Positions 1 through 11,067 of a stretch of DNA of 64,000 bases are shown in pieces (the first letter of the stretch is position 1; each line of letters opens with the position of its first letter). This stretch comes from Selaginella moellendorffii (taxonomy: Eukaryota; Plantae; Lycopodiophyta). The position numbers were made by a program, and so were the translations under genes. Below the pieces are notes generated by a model that had not been told where the DNA came from, searched no databases, and worked only from the letters and a program-made list of their open reading frames with translations. The stretch covers positions 363,327 to 427,326 of the forward strand of contig NW_003314364.1 of assembly GCF_000143415.4 (NCBI RefSeq), read 5' to 3'.

Positions 1-903
1 GCAGAAGATCCTAAAGAGACGTACTAGTGAACATCCTTCGGACTTGGCAAAAAAGAGTCTTTGCTATGGAACTGAAGGGATACCTCAAAAATGGAGGTAG
101 CAATCCTGTGTTGCTGAGTGCAACAATGAAGGATAGGAGCAAAAGATGAGTGGCCAAGATAGGGCCATGGAATCCCTTGGAAGGAATCCAAGTGACGAAG
201 TTAAGTGAAGAACACTAATGTGTTGAACGCTAACAAGTTGCAGGAAAGGAAGTGTGTTTCCAAGGATGGATTCCGAATTGCTCCGATTTGGCGAAAGTGG
301 AAGCTCCAAGGGAGGGAGCGGTAAGGTAGCGAAATGATAGGGCCATGGGCAGCCCTAGCACAAAGTATGATAAATGGAACTTAGTGCCCAAGGTGGCACG
401 AAATAGAAGAGAGGATGATGGTGCCCTCAAGTAATGAACTTCCTAGGATGGGGAAGTGGAGTTGCACAATCTGTGCAATGCAAGGTGTTGGAGACACCTA
501 GGAAATTGACTTCCAAAAAGTCAAAAGAGTAAAAGTTCCAAGGTGCAAACGTTCAATAGATGGAAATTGAGACTACTCGAGGAGTAGTGGGATTGACTTA
601 GAGAAGGGTCTCTAAGAGGTTTAGCGAGAACTAAACCAATAAAAGGCGAGAACCACTACATGTGGTCCAATCAGTCTCTAAGTTGGAGAGACTACCCTCC
701 TTAGAGGATAGGCAAGGCATGGTGAGCCTTTGGTGTCAAACCATTGAGGAATATGCAAAAGGCATGGCGAGCCTTCAATGTCAAACCATAGACAAATATT
801 GGCTGAGTGCCAAGGATGGAAATGGTGACACATGCGGGTGTTACTTTACAAAATGGTTTACCATTCGATGAGGACATCGAACTTCGTCTATGGGTGGTGG
901 AGT
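1..903 (+). mobile_element. Probable non-coding 3' internal region of an LTR retroelement (family A), ending in a PPT-like tract
   Basis: Ends GAGGACATCG...GGGTGGTGGAGT directly before the TG start of the family A LTR; similar layout to the GGACAAGGAC...GGGGGGGAAGAAT PPT of the gypsy element at 40.7 kb; no recognisable ORF. Confidence 0.5.
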
Positions 904-2734
904 TGTGAGACACAAAATCCGTAGGCCCCAAAGTAGAGCCGGAAAGGGTGCCACGTGGTAGTGCCTGAAGCGAGAGCCAAACGAGCGTAACACGTTTGGA
1001 CCAAAAGCTCCGACTTGAAAAGTCAAGAGCGGGAGTGGAACTCCCAACGAAGTGCTCGAGGAACGAGCACGAAGCGAGCAAAAAGCGAGGCTCCAAAAAG
1101 GGACCCAAAAGGACCAACACATGACACGTGGAAGTGTCCGAGATGGACCCGAGTTGGAGTCCGAAGTGGAGTCCGAGATGGACCCGAGATGGAGTCCGAG
1201 ATGGAGTCCGAGATAGAGTCCGAGGTGGACCTAAGATGGACCCGAAATGGAGTCCGAGATGGAGTCCGAGATGGAGTCCGAGGTGGACCCGAGATGGACC
1301 CGAAATGGAGTCCGAGATGGAGTCCGAGATGGACCAGAGATGGAGTCCGAGATGGACCCAAGATGGACCCGAAATGGAGTCCGAGATGGAGTCCGAGATG
1401 GAGTCCGAGGTGGACCCGAGATGGACCCGAAATGGAGTCCGAGATGGAGTCCGAGATGGACCCGAGATGGAGTCCGAGATGGACCCGAGATGGAGTCCGA
1501 GATGGACCCGAAATGGAGTCCAAGATGGACCCGAGATGGAGTCCGAGATGGAGTCCGAGATGGAGTCCGAAGTCGAGACCGAGACCGGGACCGAGACCGA
1601 GACTGAGACCGAGACCGAGACCGAGATCGGGACCGAGAACAAGACCGAGGCCGAGGCCGAGACCGAGCCCGAGCCCGAGTCCGAGTCCGAGTCCGAGTCC
1701 GAGTCCGAGTCCGAGTCCGAGTCCGAGTTCGAGTCTGAGAGGGTGAAAGCCCAAAGCGTTCGTCTCCCAGACCCTGGGGGGTTTGGTGAGCTCCAAAAGT
1801 ATAGTAGGGGGAGGACTGCAGTGGAGCCAGTTTGGCCAGGAAAGGCCAGTTTGGCCCAGGAAGGCCGGACCCAGTGTTGGGTGATGAGCTGCCCACTGGG
1901 AAGTCCAAGACTAGAGTGAACACGAACCGACAAGCGGGGTAGCTTGGTGAAGTGTTCAAGAGCCGGCTCTAGTTCCCCCGGGAGATCGACTGGCCGATGC
2001 TCCCAGTCCAAGTGTGGGTGGCACTACCTACTTGGATACCTGTCGTGGCTCAACGGAACCTCGCTCTAAGCCCATGGCTAGAGCACCTAAAGGCGAAAGG
2101 TGGGGAGAGTACCCATGAGGCTTGCGTAAGGCCACGGTGTTCCGAAATGTTGTCCCAAAGTCCCAAACGGTGAAAGGGAAGAGGAGTAGGCCTCTAATGC
2201 AGTGACCAAGGATACGGTCACATGGTGAGGAAGTCCCAGAGGACCGGGGGACTTAGTGGTCGAGCCTGTGGGCCTCGATCCAGTGGCAGTGTCGGCAAAC
2301 ACGGCCAGGGGCAGAAAGGGACTTAGTGGGGACGGACAGAGGGATATTGGGGAAGGCTATTCCCCTTGTCGGTGGGCATCCTAAGGATGCTAAAGAGTGG
2401 ATCTGAGATGACCACTCACGGATGAGTTACCTAGTCTTGGAGAGCCAAGACTGTGATGCATGTGGTATTGGACTACCAGTGTGGCAAAGGTAATTAGGCA
2501 TGGCCTTAGCGTAACAGGCTGCTATGTCAGTGGTACCTTTGAGTGTCGGTCGTGGGATCGGACACATGGAGCACTTGGACCAAGTGCAAATGTTGAGTGG
2601 CATGGATGCCATTCTCGGGGCTAGCAAGTCCCAAGTCCTGAATTGGACTTATGGAGGTTGTGATTGAGACTCCTCCAAGTGGTCGGAGGTGTGGTTAAGT
2701 GACTAAAGTAGAATGGAAAATTTAGTCGCTTACA
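904..2734 (+). mobile_element. Family A LTR (~1.83 kb), probably a 3' LTR
   Basis: TGTGAGACAC...GTCGCTTACA termini; colinear with the TSD-flanked solo LTR at 45266-47110. Confidence 0.85.
1138..1738. repeat. Tandem array inside LTR A: GAGATGGAGTCC / GAGATGGACCC units, then (GAGACC)n and (GAGTCC)n
   Basis: Repeats directly visible; they generate the stop-free low-complexity ORFs in the track. Confidence 0.95.
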
Positions 2735-3479
2735 ATCGACTGGCCGATGCTCCCAGTCCAAGTGTGGGTGGCACTAACTACTTGGATACCTGGTGTGGCT
2801 TAACGGAACCTCACTCTAAGCCCATGGCTAGAGCACCGAAAGGCGGAAGGCGGGAAGAGTACCCATGAGGCCCGTGTAGGGCCACGGTGTTCCGAATGTT
2901 GTCCTGAAGGCCCAGACTATAGAAAGGAAGAGGAGTAGTCCTCTGGTGTAGTGACCAAGGATACAGTCGAGTGGTGAGGAAGTCCTAGAGGACAATGAGA
3001 TTTAGTGGTCAGGCCTGTGGTCCTCGATCCAGTGGCAGTGTTGGCAAACACGGCCATGGGCAGAAAGGGACTTGGTGAAGACCGGAAAAGGGATATTAGG
3101 GAAGGCTATTCCCCATGTCTGGGGGCATCCTAAGGATGCTAAGGAGTGGATCTGGAATGATCACTCTTGGACAGATGGCCCAGTCCTTGAGAGATGGGAC
3201 TGTGATGCAGGTGGTGTTAGACCTCTGGTGTGACCAAGGTAAAGGGGCATGGCCTTAGCGTAACGGGTTGATATGTCAGTGGTACCTTGGGGTGTCAGTC
3301 GAATCGGACACGTGGAGCACTTGGATCAAGTGCAAAGGTTGAGTGGCGGGGATGCCATTCTCGGGGCTAGCAAGCCCAAGTCTGAAATAGGACTTATGAA
3401 AGTTGTGAGTGAAACTCCTCCAAGTGGTTGGAGGTGTGGTTAAGTGACTAAAGTAGAATGGAAAATTTAGTCGCTTACA
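2735..3479 (+). mobile_element. 3' ~745 bp of a second, diverged family A LTR
   Basis: Repeats 1985-2734 from ATCGACTGGCCGATGC to GTCGCTTACA with substitutions. Confidence 0.85.
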
Positions 3480-3589
3480 ACATGTTACGCTTGTTTAGCT
3501 TTCGCTTTGGCCACCACCATATGGTGCCCTTTTGGCTCCACTTTGGGGCTTAAGGATTTGTGTCTCACACGTTATAAATCCCAAATCTT
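3480..3589 (-). mobile_element. Inverted ~110 bp fragment of the family A LTR 5' end
   Basis: Reverse complement reads TGTGAGACACAAATCCTTAAGCCCCAAAGTGGAGCC... Confidence 0.8.
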
Positions 3590-4610
3590 GTGTATACATC
3601 TTTTGATTCAGAACCTTTAGAACAAACATTGTGAGGCTATCAAAGTGCAAAAGGAAAATTTTTCACTTACACTTTATTATGAATAATAATTTTCTTATCA
3701 ATTTTTTTACCTATAACAATTTTTTATATAAAATAAAACTTAATTTTTTTATATACTCTCAAGTAAAGCTGATATAAAATTTTGTGATATACAATATAAA
3801 AAATATTAATCTTAATAAAATAAAGTTTGTATATATACTACAGTATTAAAATTCACCAAAATAAAGGTTCTGAAAAATGATTAAAAACTTATATAAAAAG
3901 TTTATATGTATAAGAAATAACAAATTAAATATAAAAATATATAGAGTAGTAATTGTATTTGCGATTTTTTTTAAATTCAATGCTGCAAATGTAGAGTATT
4001 TGAGAAAATGATTAGAAGTTTCTAAATATAAAAATAATAGATAATTTAAAATAAATTATAATTATATAAATTTTACAAGTTTAGAAACTATATTAAATAT
4101 TGTGATTATCATAAAAATAAAAAATAATGAAGATAAATTTGTATATATAAAGGAAACAATTATACTCCTAGAAGATTATGTAGAAGTTATACCATTAATA
4201 ATTATATAAATAATTACTGAGATAATAAGTTATTTTAAATGTGATTGAAAGGAAGATTATTATGTAAATAAAAATAAGTGTAAAATATTTAATATTTAAT
4301 TTTTTTAAATAAATATAATATATACATAATATTTTTTGGTTTTATAATGATAATAGTGCCTGTTATTAATCTAAACAAAAGAAACATTAATAAATAAAAA
4401 TAATCTAAAATGTTATATTAATATATTAATATAACATTAATATTAATATCTATCACATGTTTACCATCTTTTTATATCTACTGGCATCAATGGGAATTAT
4501 ATGCTCATTGGATTTGAACTTGGGTTATATCAGATTAGCATTTAAACCCTAAAAACCGGAATCTTATCTTGAACTTTAACCATTTTTAACTTTTAGGTTA
4601 TTTTTGGGTT

Positions 4611-7600
4611 TCACTTTTTCCGCTGGAGGCAACTCAATTTACTGAAAAGCCCGACTTTTACTCCATCCCCTGATGCGACTGCTTTCGAATAAATGTCCTT
4701 GCAACTCTGGAAAACCTGTATAGACAGATTAATATAGAGAGATTAACCAGATGACCAGTCTTTTACCTCTCGGACATCCTTCCTTGGAATACCTTCCCGC
4801 AGTGCTAATATTTTCTCTACCACCTCCGGCTGCCAGAAATATCAAACAGGATGAAGGCCCTTGGGTTGTGAACAGTACTTACAGGACAATCAGGATGGTT
4901 CTGTAACATATTGGTGTAAGCCAGTGTGAATGCTTCCAAACTCTCAGCAGATGCAAGGTCCCGAAATTCAGCTAGCGGTTGGACTCGTTTGGCTGCCTTC
5001 TACATAAGGATGAAGACGTTCGTCATAACAAGGTATATTGCAATATCTAGCTTACAGCGGGGCTGATATATTCTCTGAAAAAATCGGCAAGAATCTCCTC
5101 GTCTACTTTCATCCTTTCAAGCATGTCTTCTTTGATGTAGTTTCTCTGCAACACAGATGCGATTTGAGCTTTTTAAGGAAAAGAAGCAAACCTGTGTAAG
5201 GAGATGATCCACGTATATGACAATTGTCTCCTCTAGACAAGCCTCGGCAAACCTTCGAAACGATCTGTCCTCAATATACCTGCAAAACGCACATTGAAAG
5301 TCGGGTAGCTCGGTTAATCGTGTCTCACATCTTTACATCCCCAAAGTAATCGCCAAATGTTGCAACCAGGTACTCGGTCACAAGTCCTTCATGCCAATCT
5401 GCACAGACACGGATGTAAATCTACAATGTTGAACGGACTAGCAACCTTTCTGATAAAGTTTGACAAGTAGCTCCTTTACTCCAGGATCTTCAAAAATCAC
5501 CCTCACGGTTTGTTGGACGGCTTCCTACGAGAATGCACTTTGTCATCGCCTCATTCTACATCACCTCCCTCCTCACCTTGGCCACCTCAAGAAACCCTTT
5601 ACATGTGTCTTCAAAATTGACCTGACATGGTAAAACTGAGAGAAAGTGGAAGATAGATGAACTTTTACCTGTTCCGCATAGTATGGAGCAAGTGACTCCA
5701 TAATATTGCCGCTCAATTCCAAGGAGAGATCGTGACAACGAATGTTGTTATTAACCTTGAACGAAGGATGGTGGTTGAAGAGGGAAAGAAAAATGGAGTC
5801 TTTTACCATCGCACAAATGGCCTCAAGGCCGATTTCCGCCGCCGGCTCCTCAAGTCGATGCCGTTCTGCAGCCTGAAAATCGCCCATCACCTGACCAAGT
5901 ACAGCATTAACAGTTGCCTGAAACGTGCTGAATGCAAACCTGTATAACGGCGAGAGCAATACGGTAAAGCATTACATCTGTGCTGTTTTCCTGGACATTC
6001 TGAACCTGCTCCCCAAGTATCCTGAACAAATCCACAGCAGCTGGGGTCCATAGCTTTCCTTGATCTGTTTTCTTCGGCGGCTGCACTTTATCCGCCTCCA
6101 GGATGTTGGTGTACCATTTCTGATACAGCACGTAAGCATGAAACAAGAGCACGCAAGGTGGTACATTTCTTACCTGCATTGTTGATTGCATGCGATCCAC
6201 ATAGACATTCATTAGCGGGTCCATGGCTCCACTCTCTGCACATACTTGTGCTAAACTCTCGTCCACCCCCAAGTTTAGCAACTGCTCTTGATATTGTACA
6301 ACCCAGCTGGTTACCTGCAGAAGTGCAAAGTCACTCGAAACCTCCACTCTATATACCGACCTTGAGAATGTCGATATTGGACAGGTCACTTGCACGGTCA
6401 GCCAAGGCCCTCAGCATCTGGATGAAGCGCTCAGTATACAGCTGCACCATCAGCAGGAAGATCTCATAGCTGTAAGTTGCAGCAGCAAAGTCTCAGCACT
6501 TGAAAATGCACGCAGCCTAGACTGTACCGAGGAGGAAAGCACGGGGCCACAAAGTCATACACGTCCGGCAGCTCCCCGCCGATCTGCACAACGAGTTTAT
6601 CGCCGCGTAACAACAAGCTGAGAGGCAGAGAGGCTCACCGCATTCGCTTCATCCAATGCAGCGCTTAGCTCTTCCTTGACAAGCTGGTCACAAAGTTATC
6701 GTTTAAGCAGCAGCTCGCATTACACTACGCGGAGAGCATACCTTGGTAAGGAGCGTATGGAACCTGTCCTCCACGGACTTGCGTATCTCGTCATAGCAGC
6801 GATCTTTGTACCCCTTGCCGTTTTTAGGTGGTTGGTCAGGCTCGGACGCCACCCCGGACGCCACCGCGGACCTTGAAACAACCATTAGCCAAACTTGGTC
6901 ACGAGTTCTCGGGAACAGCGTTACTTTCGAGCGGCCCTGGTGTTGGATATGAGTGCCACCGGTCCAGCTCCCTCGGCTTCAGCAGCTTCTTCGGCATGCT
7001 GCTGATCCAGCACCTCCTGCATCTCCACTACCCTGCCAACACAAGTGAGTGAGTGAGAGAAATGACAATGGGGGCGAACCTGAGCGCACGAACGAGTGTC
7101 TGTGGGCTGCATGCAACGAAAAACATGGTGACACTGTCCGCACAGAAGCTAGAATGAACCTCTTTCGAGACAGCTGGTAGAAGTTCCTTATGTGATCCCA
7201 AAGCATTTGCTCAAACTTGTCCCGCGTCCTATTGACATCCTCAAAGTAGTCCCTGGAGAGGCACAACGTGAGAGAGACAATGTAACGAGGAGAGGAAACA
7301 ATGTGTGGCTGACCGCAGTTTCTTGGCTTCCTCCTTTCTGGAAGATGCTGTCGCCAGTGCAAATCGCTTCTTGCCTTCGAGGGCCGTCAGGCTCTGTATA
7401 GTCAGAAAGAAATGCCGGCAATGTTAGCAGCGAGTGTATAGGAAGTGAAAGTTTCATGCCTCGAAAGTCGTCACGAGTTCCTTGTCGTCGTTGAGCGATG
7501 CTCTGGCTTCCGCAGCCTCGACTGAAATGGACATCATCCCCTCCACGTCCTGCGAGCAAAACGTTCCGTGGGAGGAGCCTTTCTTTGTGTGGAGGAAGAA

Positions 7601-8080
7601 TACACACACCTTGAGCGTTGTGTTGAGATTGTTGCGGACGTTGCTAAGGAGCTTGATAAGATCGTGGTGCTCGATGAGCGTCTGGCATTCCTGGCACAGC
7701 CTGCGTCGCGCATGCGTGTATCACTTTTCTAGCTTTGAACTGGATCGTGTTTCTTACTTGTCAATAACGAGGAAATTGTCAGCTAGGCGAGCTATGGCGG
7801 CCTCCGAGGCGGTGAGCGCATCGATCCCGGCCTTGGCCTGCTCAACCTGTGCCATGACACTCGCACTGAGCTGCGCGTCATTCGCCTGGAGGGATCCGAC
7901 CGAAGGAATGGAGCGTGGATTTAGGCGCAGGAGTGGAAGTGTAACGAAGCCTACCTGCTGGCGCAAGGAGTAGTCAGTGCGGAGGATAGCGATGGAAGCG
8001 AGTGAGTCGGGATATGGCAGGAGCTTGGCAACCTCCCGCACGGCCGCCTCTTTGGCCTCCACTCCGAGCTCCTGCCACAT
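4611..8080 (-). CDS. SEC6: Exocyst complex component SEC6 (multi-exon)
   Basis: N-terminus [22 protein letters not shown]...ANDAQLS; exons [30 protein letters not shown] and [16 protein letters not shown] match plant SEC6; last exon [11 protein letters not shown]...LQRKK* with stop at 4611-4613; many short GT-AG introns. Confidence 0.93.
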
Positions 8081-8124
8081 TGCTACCTTAGGTCATTCGT
8101 TTGCTCAAGAGAGAAATACCTAGC

Positions 8125-8380
8125 ACTCGACGACGCTGCCAGCCGCGCCACATCCGAGCTCTACCCGGCGCTCAAGGATTCCGTGGCGCGGGACATCGGG
8201 CAGCCCTAGCCGCTGGGGTGGCGACGGTGGCGGAGTCATCGAGCTACGTGCTGCTTGGACGCGAGTGGACTGGCCGCTCACTTTCGTGCCTACTATCTTG
8301 ACAACCCTCCAGCTCCAGTCGGACCTCCGCGCCTTCCTCCACTCGCTATTCGCCCAGATGGCAGGCTTCTTCATCAGGGT
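8125..8380 (+). pseudogene. SEC15: Collapsed remnant of SEC15
   Basis: Ordered 15-35 bp blocks match SEC15 at ~11543 (GAGCTCTACCCGGCGCTCAAGG), ~11720 (GGGACATCGGGCAGC), ~11820, ~11868, ~11985 (GTGCCTACTATCTTGACAACC) and ~12085 (GCCCAGATGGC.GGCTTCTTCATC). Confidence 0.85.
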
Positions 8381-9996
8381 GTAGCAGCAGATGAGGTGGA
8401 TCACATACGGCCACTGGACAGCAGGTGAGAGTCGAGGCTCTGAATTGAGGTTCCAAACTTGGGCCCTTGTCGCAAAGGCCAGTTTTTGATTTGGAACAAG
8501 AACAGTAACAGCTGCAGAATCAGTAGCATCCTCATTCCTTGCAGCTGGAGGAATTGGACCACTTCTGGCATTGTGGAGCATGGCATAGCTTGCCTTTGTC
8601 CATCTCCACCACAAGTGGAAGTCACAAGCAACAACACTCTATGATCTTGAGCTGGATCCAGCCTTGACAGCTTCCACCTCCTTGAGGTGTATGATGAACC
8701 CATACTATGTGGTTTATGCTTACTCCAGTTATCTTTGATTCAACAACTGGAATTTGGAGTGTGAAGTCTCTTTATGTTCCTCCTGGAAGCAGTTATCCTC
8801 CTAATCCTTCTATGGGTTATGGTGGTGGCCTGGATATAGTGCACTAACAGGTGGGTTTCTTCGTCTTGTATTCTTGTGGTGGCTAATCAGGTGTTTAAAA
8901 TATGATTTAGTGTAAGTTATATACGAGACGGTTAAAAGCCCATTACCACTAAGAATATGTCGGATGGGGTATGTTCCGTCAACAAACCCATTTTAACCAT
9001 CTTTAACGGGAGGCAGGCACATGAAGTGACACGTGGCATATTTTTTGTATTAGTTGTTTGTGCCACATAAGCAATAATAGAAGCTCTCCACGGGTAACAG
9101 CGTGCCTGTGGATAACACCTAACTTCACTAGTTTAAATCCTCACAGGGACCTGAACCTTAGTATCAGAGTATTAGGGACTGTGAGAATTTAATCCTAATA
9201 GGACCATATCATGCTGAATAAGTGGGAGAAGCCGGTAGCGTTTCAATATATCGGGAAGGTTTTGAAGAGGAAGTTGAGACCACAACCTGCATCTGATTCA
9301 TATGAAAGGTCCACTCATTCTTGGCTATCTACCTGTGTAGAATGGGGTTGCTCAATCATAAGAGAGAGTAGGGAGTGTAGGAGGCTTGTTTCAATTGGTC
9401 TTATGCCTCCAGATGGGCACTAACAGACCCCAAAAACATGTATTATTCAGTTAAAGGGACAATTAACACTTGTGAGGCACACACTAGATGTGGAGGAAGA
9501 TGCATATCTAAAACCAAAGAGACATGGGAAAAGCTGAATCAAGTGCTGGATGCTTATTTGTGGAACCATGGCGACAGGAGCACCTCTTCCAGAATTGTTG
9601 TCATCACCTCATATCTGTGTGCATTCATATGCTCTGCAACACGTTAGTGGCCATCGTTATTTGGGAGTTTGTGCGAGATTTGTGGATGTCGTACCTCTGT
9701 CAAGGAAGATCGGCTATGGTTGACATCAAATATTGCGACAGGAAATGGTTTGAGTTTTTATAAGAATGATATTGAACACAGGAAGAAGTAAACCCTCCAG
9801 TCTATAGAATAACCACCTGTTTTCCTAGAGTAATCAGCTGCTCAATCGCAGTAGGCCTGAGCCAGCATCCGATTCTCCTCTCCCGCAGTAGCATAGCCAG
9901 CGCCTTCCATCTCCCTGCGTAAGGCCGCAAACGAGATCTTATCGATAGGCGGCAGTTCTACTCTGGCGAGTCCTTGGCAAGTAGCGCGGTGCTTAA

Positions 9997-11051
9997 CTCA
10001 TCCACCCCCAAGTTTAGCAACTGCTCTTGATATTGTATACCTGTTTAGAAGTTACTCGAAAGCTCCACAATGTACACCGACCTTGAGGATGTGGTCACTT
10101 GCACGGTCAGCCAGGGCCCTCAGCATCTGGATGAAGCACCCCGTATATAGCTGCACCATCACCAGGAAGATCTCATAGCTGTAAGTTGCAGCAGCAAAGT
10201 CTCAGCACTTGAAAATGCACGCAACCTAGACTGTACCACGGGGCCACAAAGTCATACACATCCGGCAGCTCCCCGCCGATCTGCACAGCGGGTTTATATC
10301 TGCGTCAGAACAAGCTGAGAGGCAGAGAGGCAGAGAGGCTCAACGCATTCGCTTCATCCCATGCAGCGCTTGGCTCTTCCTTGACAAGCTGGTCACAAAG
10401 TTCTGGAAGATGCTGTCGCCAGTGCAAATCCCTTCGAGGGCCATCTAAGTTAGGAAGAAATGCCGGCAAAGTTAGCAGCGAGTGTATAGGAAGTGAGAGT
10501 TTCATGCCTCCAAAGTCGTCACGAGTTCCTTGTCGTCATTGAGCGATGCTCTGGCTTCCGCAGCCTCGACTGAAATGGACATCATCCCCTCCACGTCCTG
10601 CGAGCAAAACGTACCGTGGGAGGAGCCTTTCTTTGAGTGGAAGAAGGATACACACACATTGAGCGTTGTGTTGAGATTGTTGCGGACGTTGCTGAGGAGC
10701 TTGATGAGATCGTGGTGCTCGATGATTCCTGGCACAGTCGGGCATGCACGTATCACTTTCCTCTTCGAACTGGAGATCGTCTTTCTTACTTGTCAATGAG
10801 TCAGCGAGGGAGCTATGGCGGCCTCCGAGGCTGTGAGCCCATCAACCTGTGCAATGACACTCGCACCGCACTGAGCTGCGCGTCATTCGCCTAGAGCGTG
10901 GATTTGCTTCGTTTGCTGCAACGAAGCAAACGTACCTGCTGGCGCAAGGAGCAGGATGGCGATGGAAGCGAATAGGGCAGGAGCTTCCCGCACAGGCGCC
11001 TCTTTGGCCTCCACCCCGAGCTCCTGCCACATTGTTACCTTTAGGTCATTC
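9997..11051 (-). pseudogene. SEC6: Deleted, frameshifted duplicate of the 5' half of SEC6
   Basis: Colinear with 6258-8098 including introns, with internal deletions and lost splice sites; retains [12 protein letters not shown] start at 11032. Confidence 0.92.
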
Positions 11052-11067
11052 ACAGGTAGGTAGCGAG

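Noticed and set aside
1138-1570. CRISPR-like repeat array
   Set aside because: No unique spacers, units are 11-12 bp, eukaryotic context, no cas genes.
701-2011. Long ORFs of 240-436 aa (WSPR, MESE, GVRD, HLGL repeats), also at 45.3-46.4 kb
   Set aside because: By-products of a stop-free tandem array inside an LTR; open in several frames on both strands, and frames differ between copies.
3600-4450. Very AT-rich tracts (also ~27.3-27.8 kb and ~49.9-50.7 kb)
   Set aside because: No termini, periodicity or ORFs that I can support; probably heavily decayed repeats.
9830-9990. Possible PPR DYW-domain fragment (LRREMEGAGY) on the minus strand
   Set aside because: Similarity is too short and the HSEKLA motif is absent.
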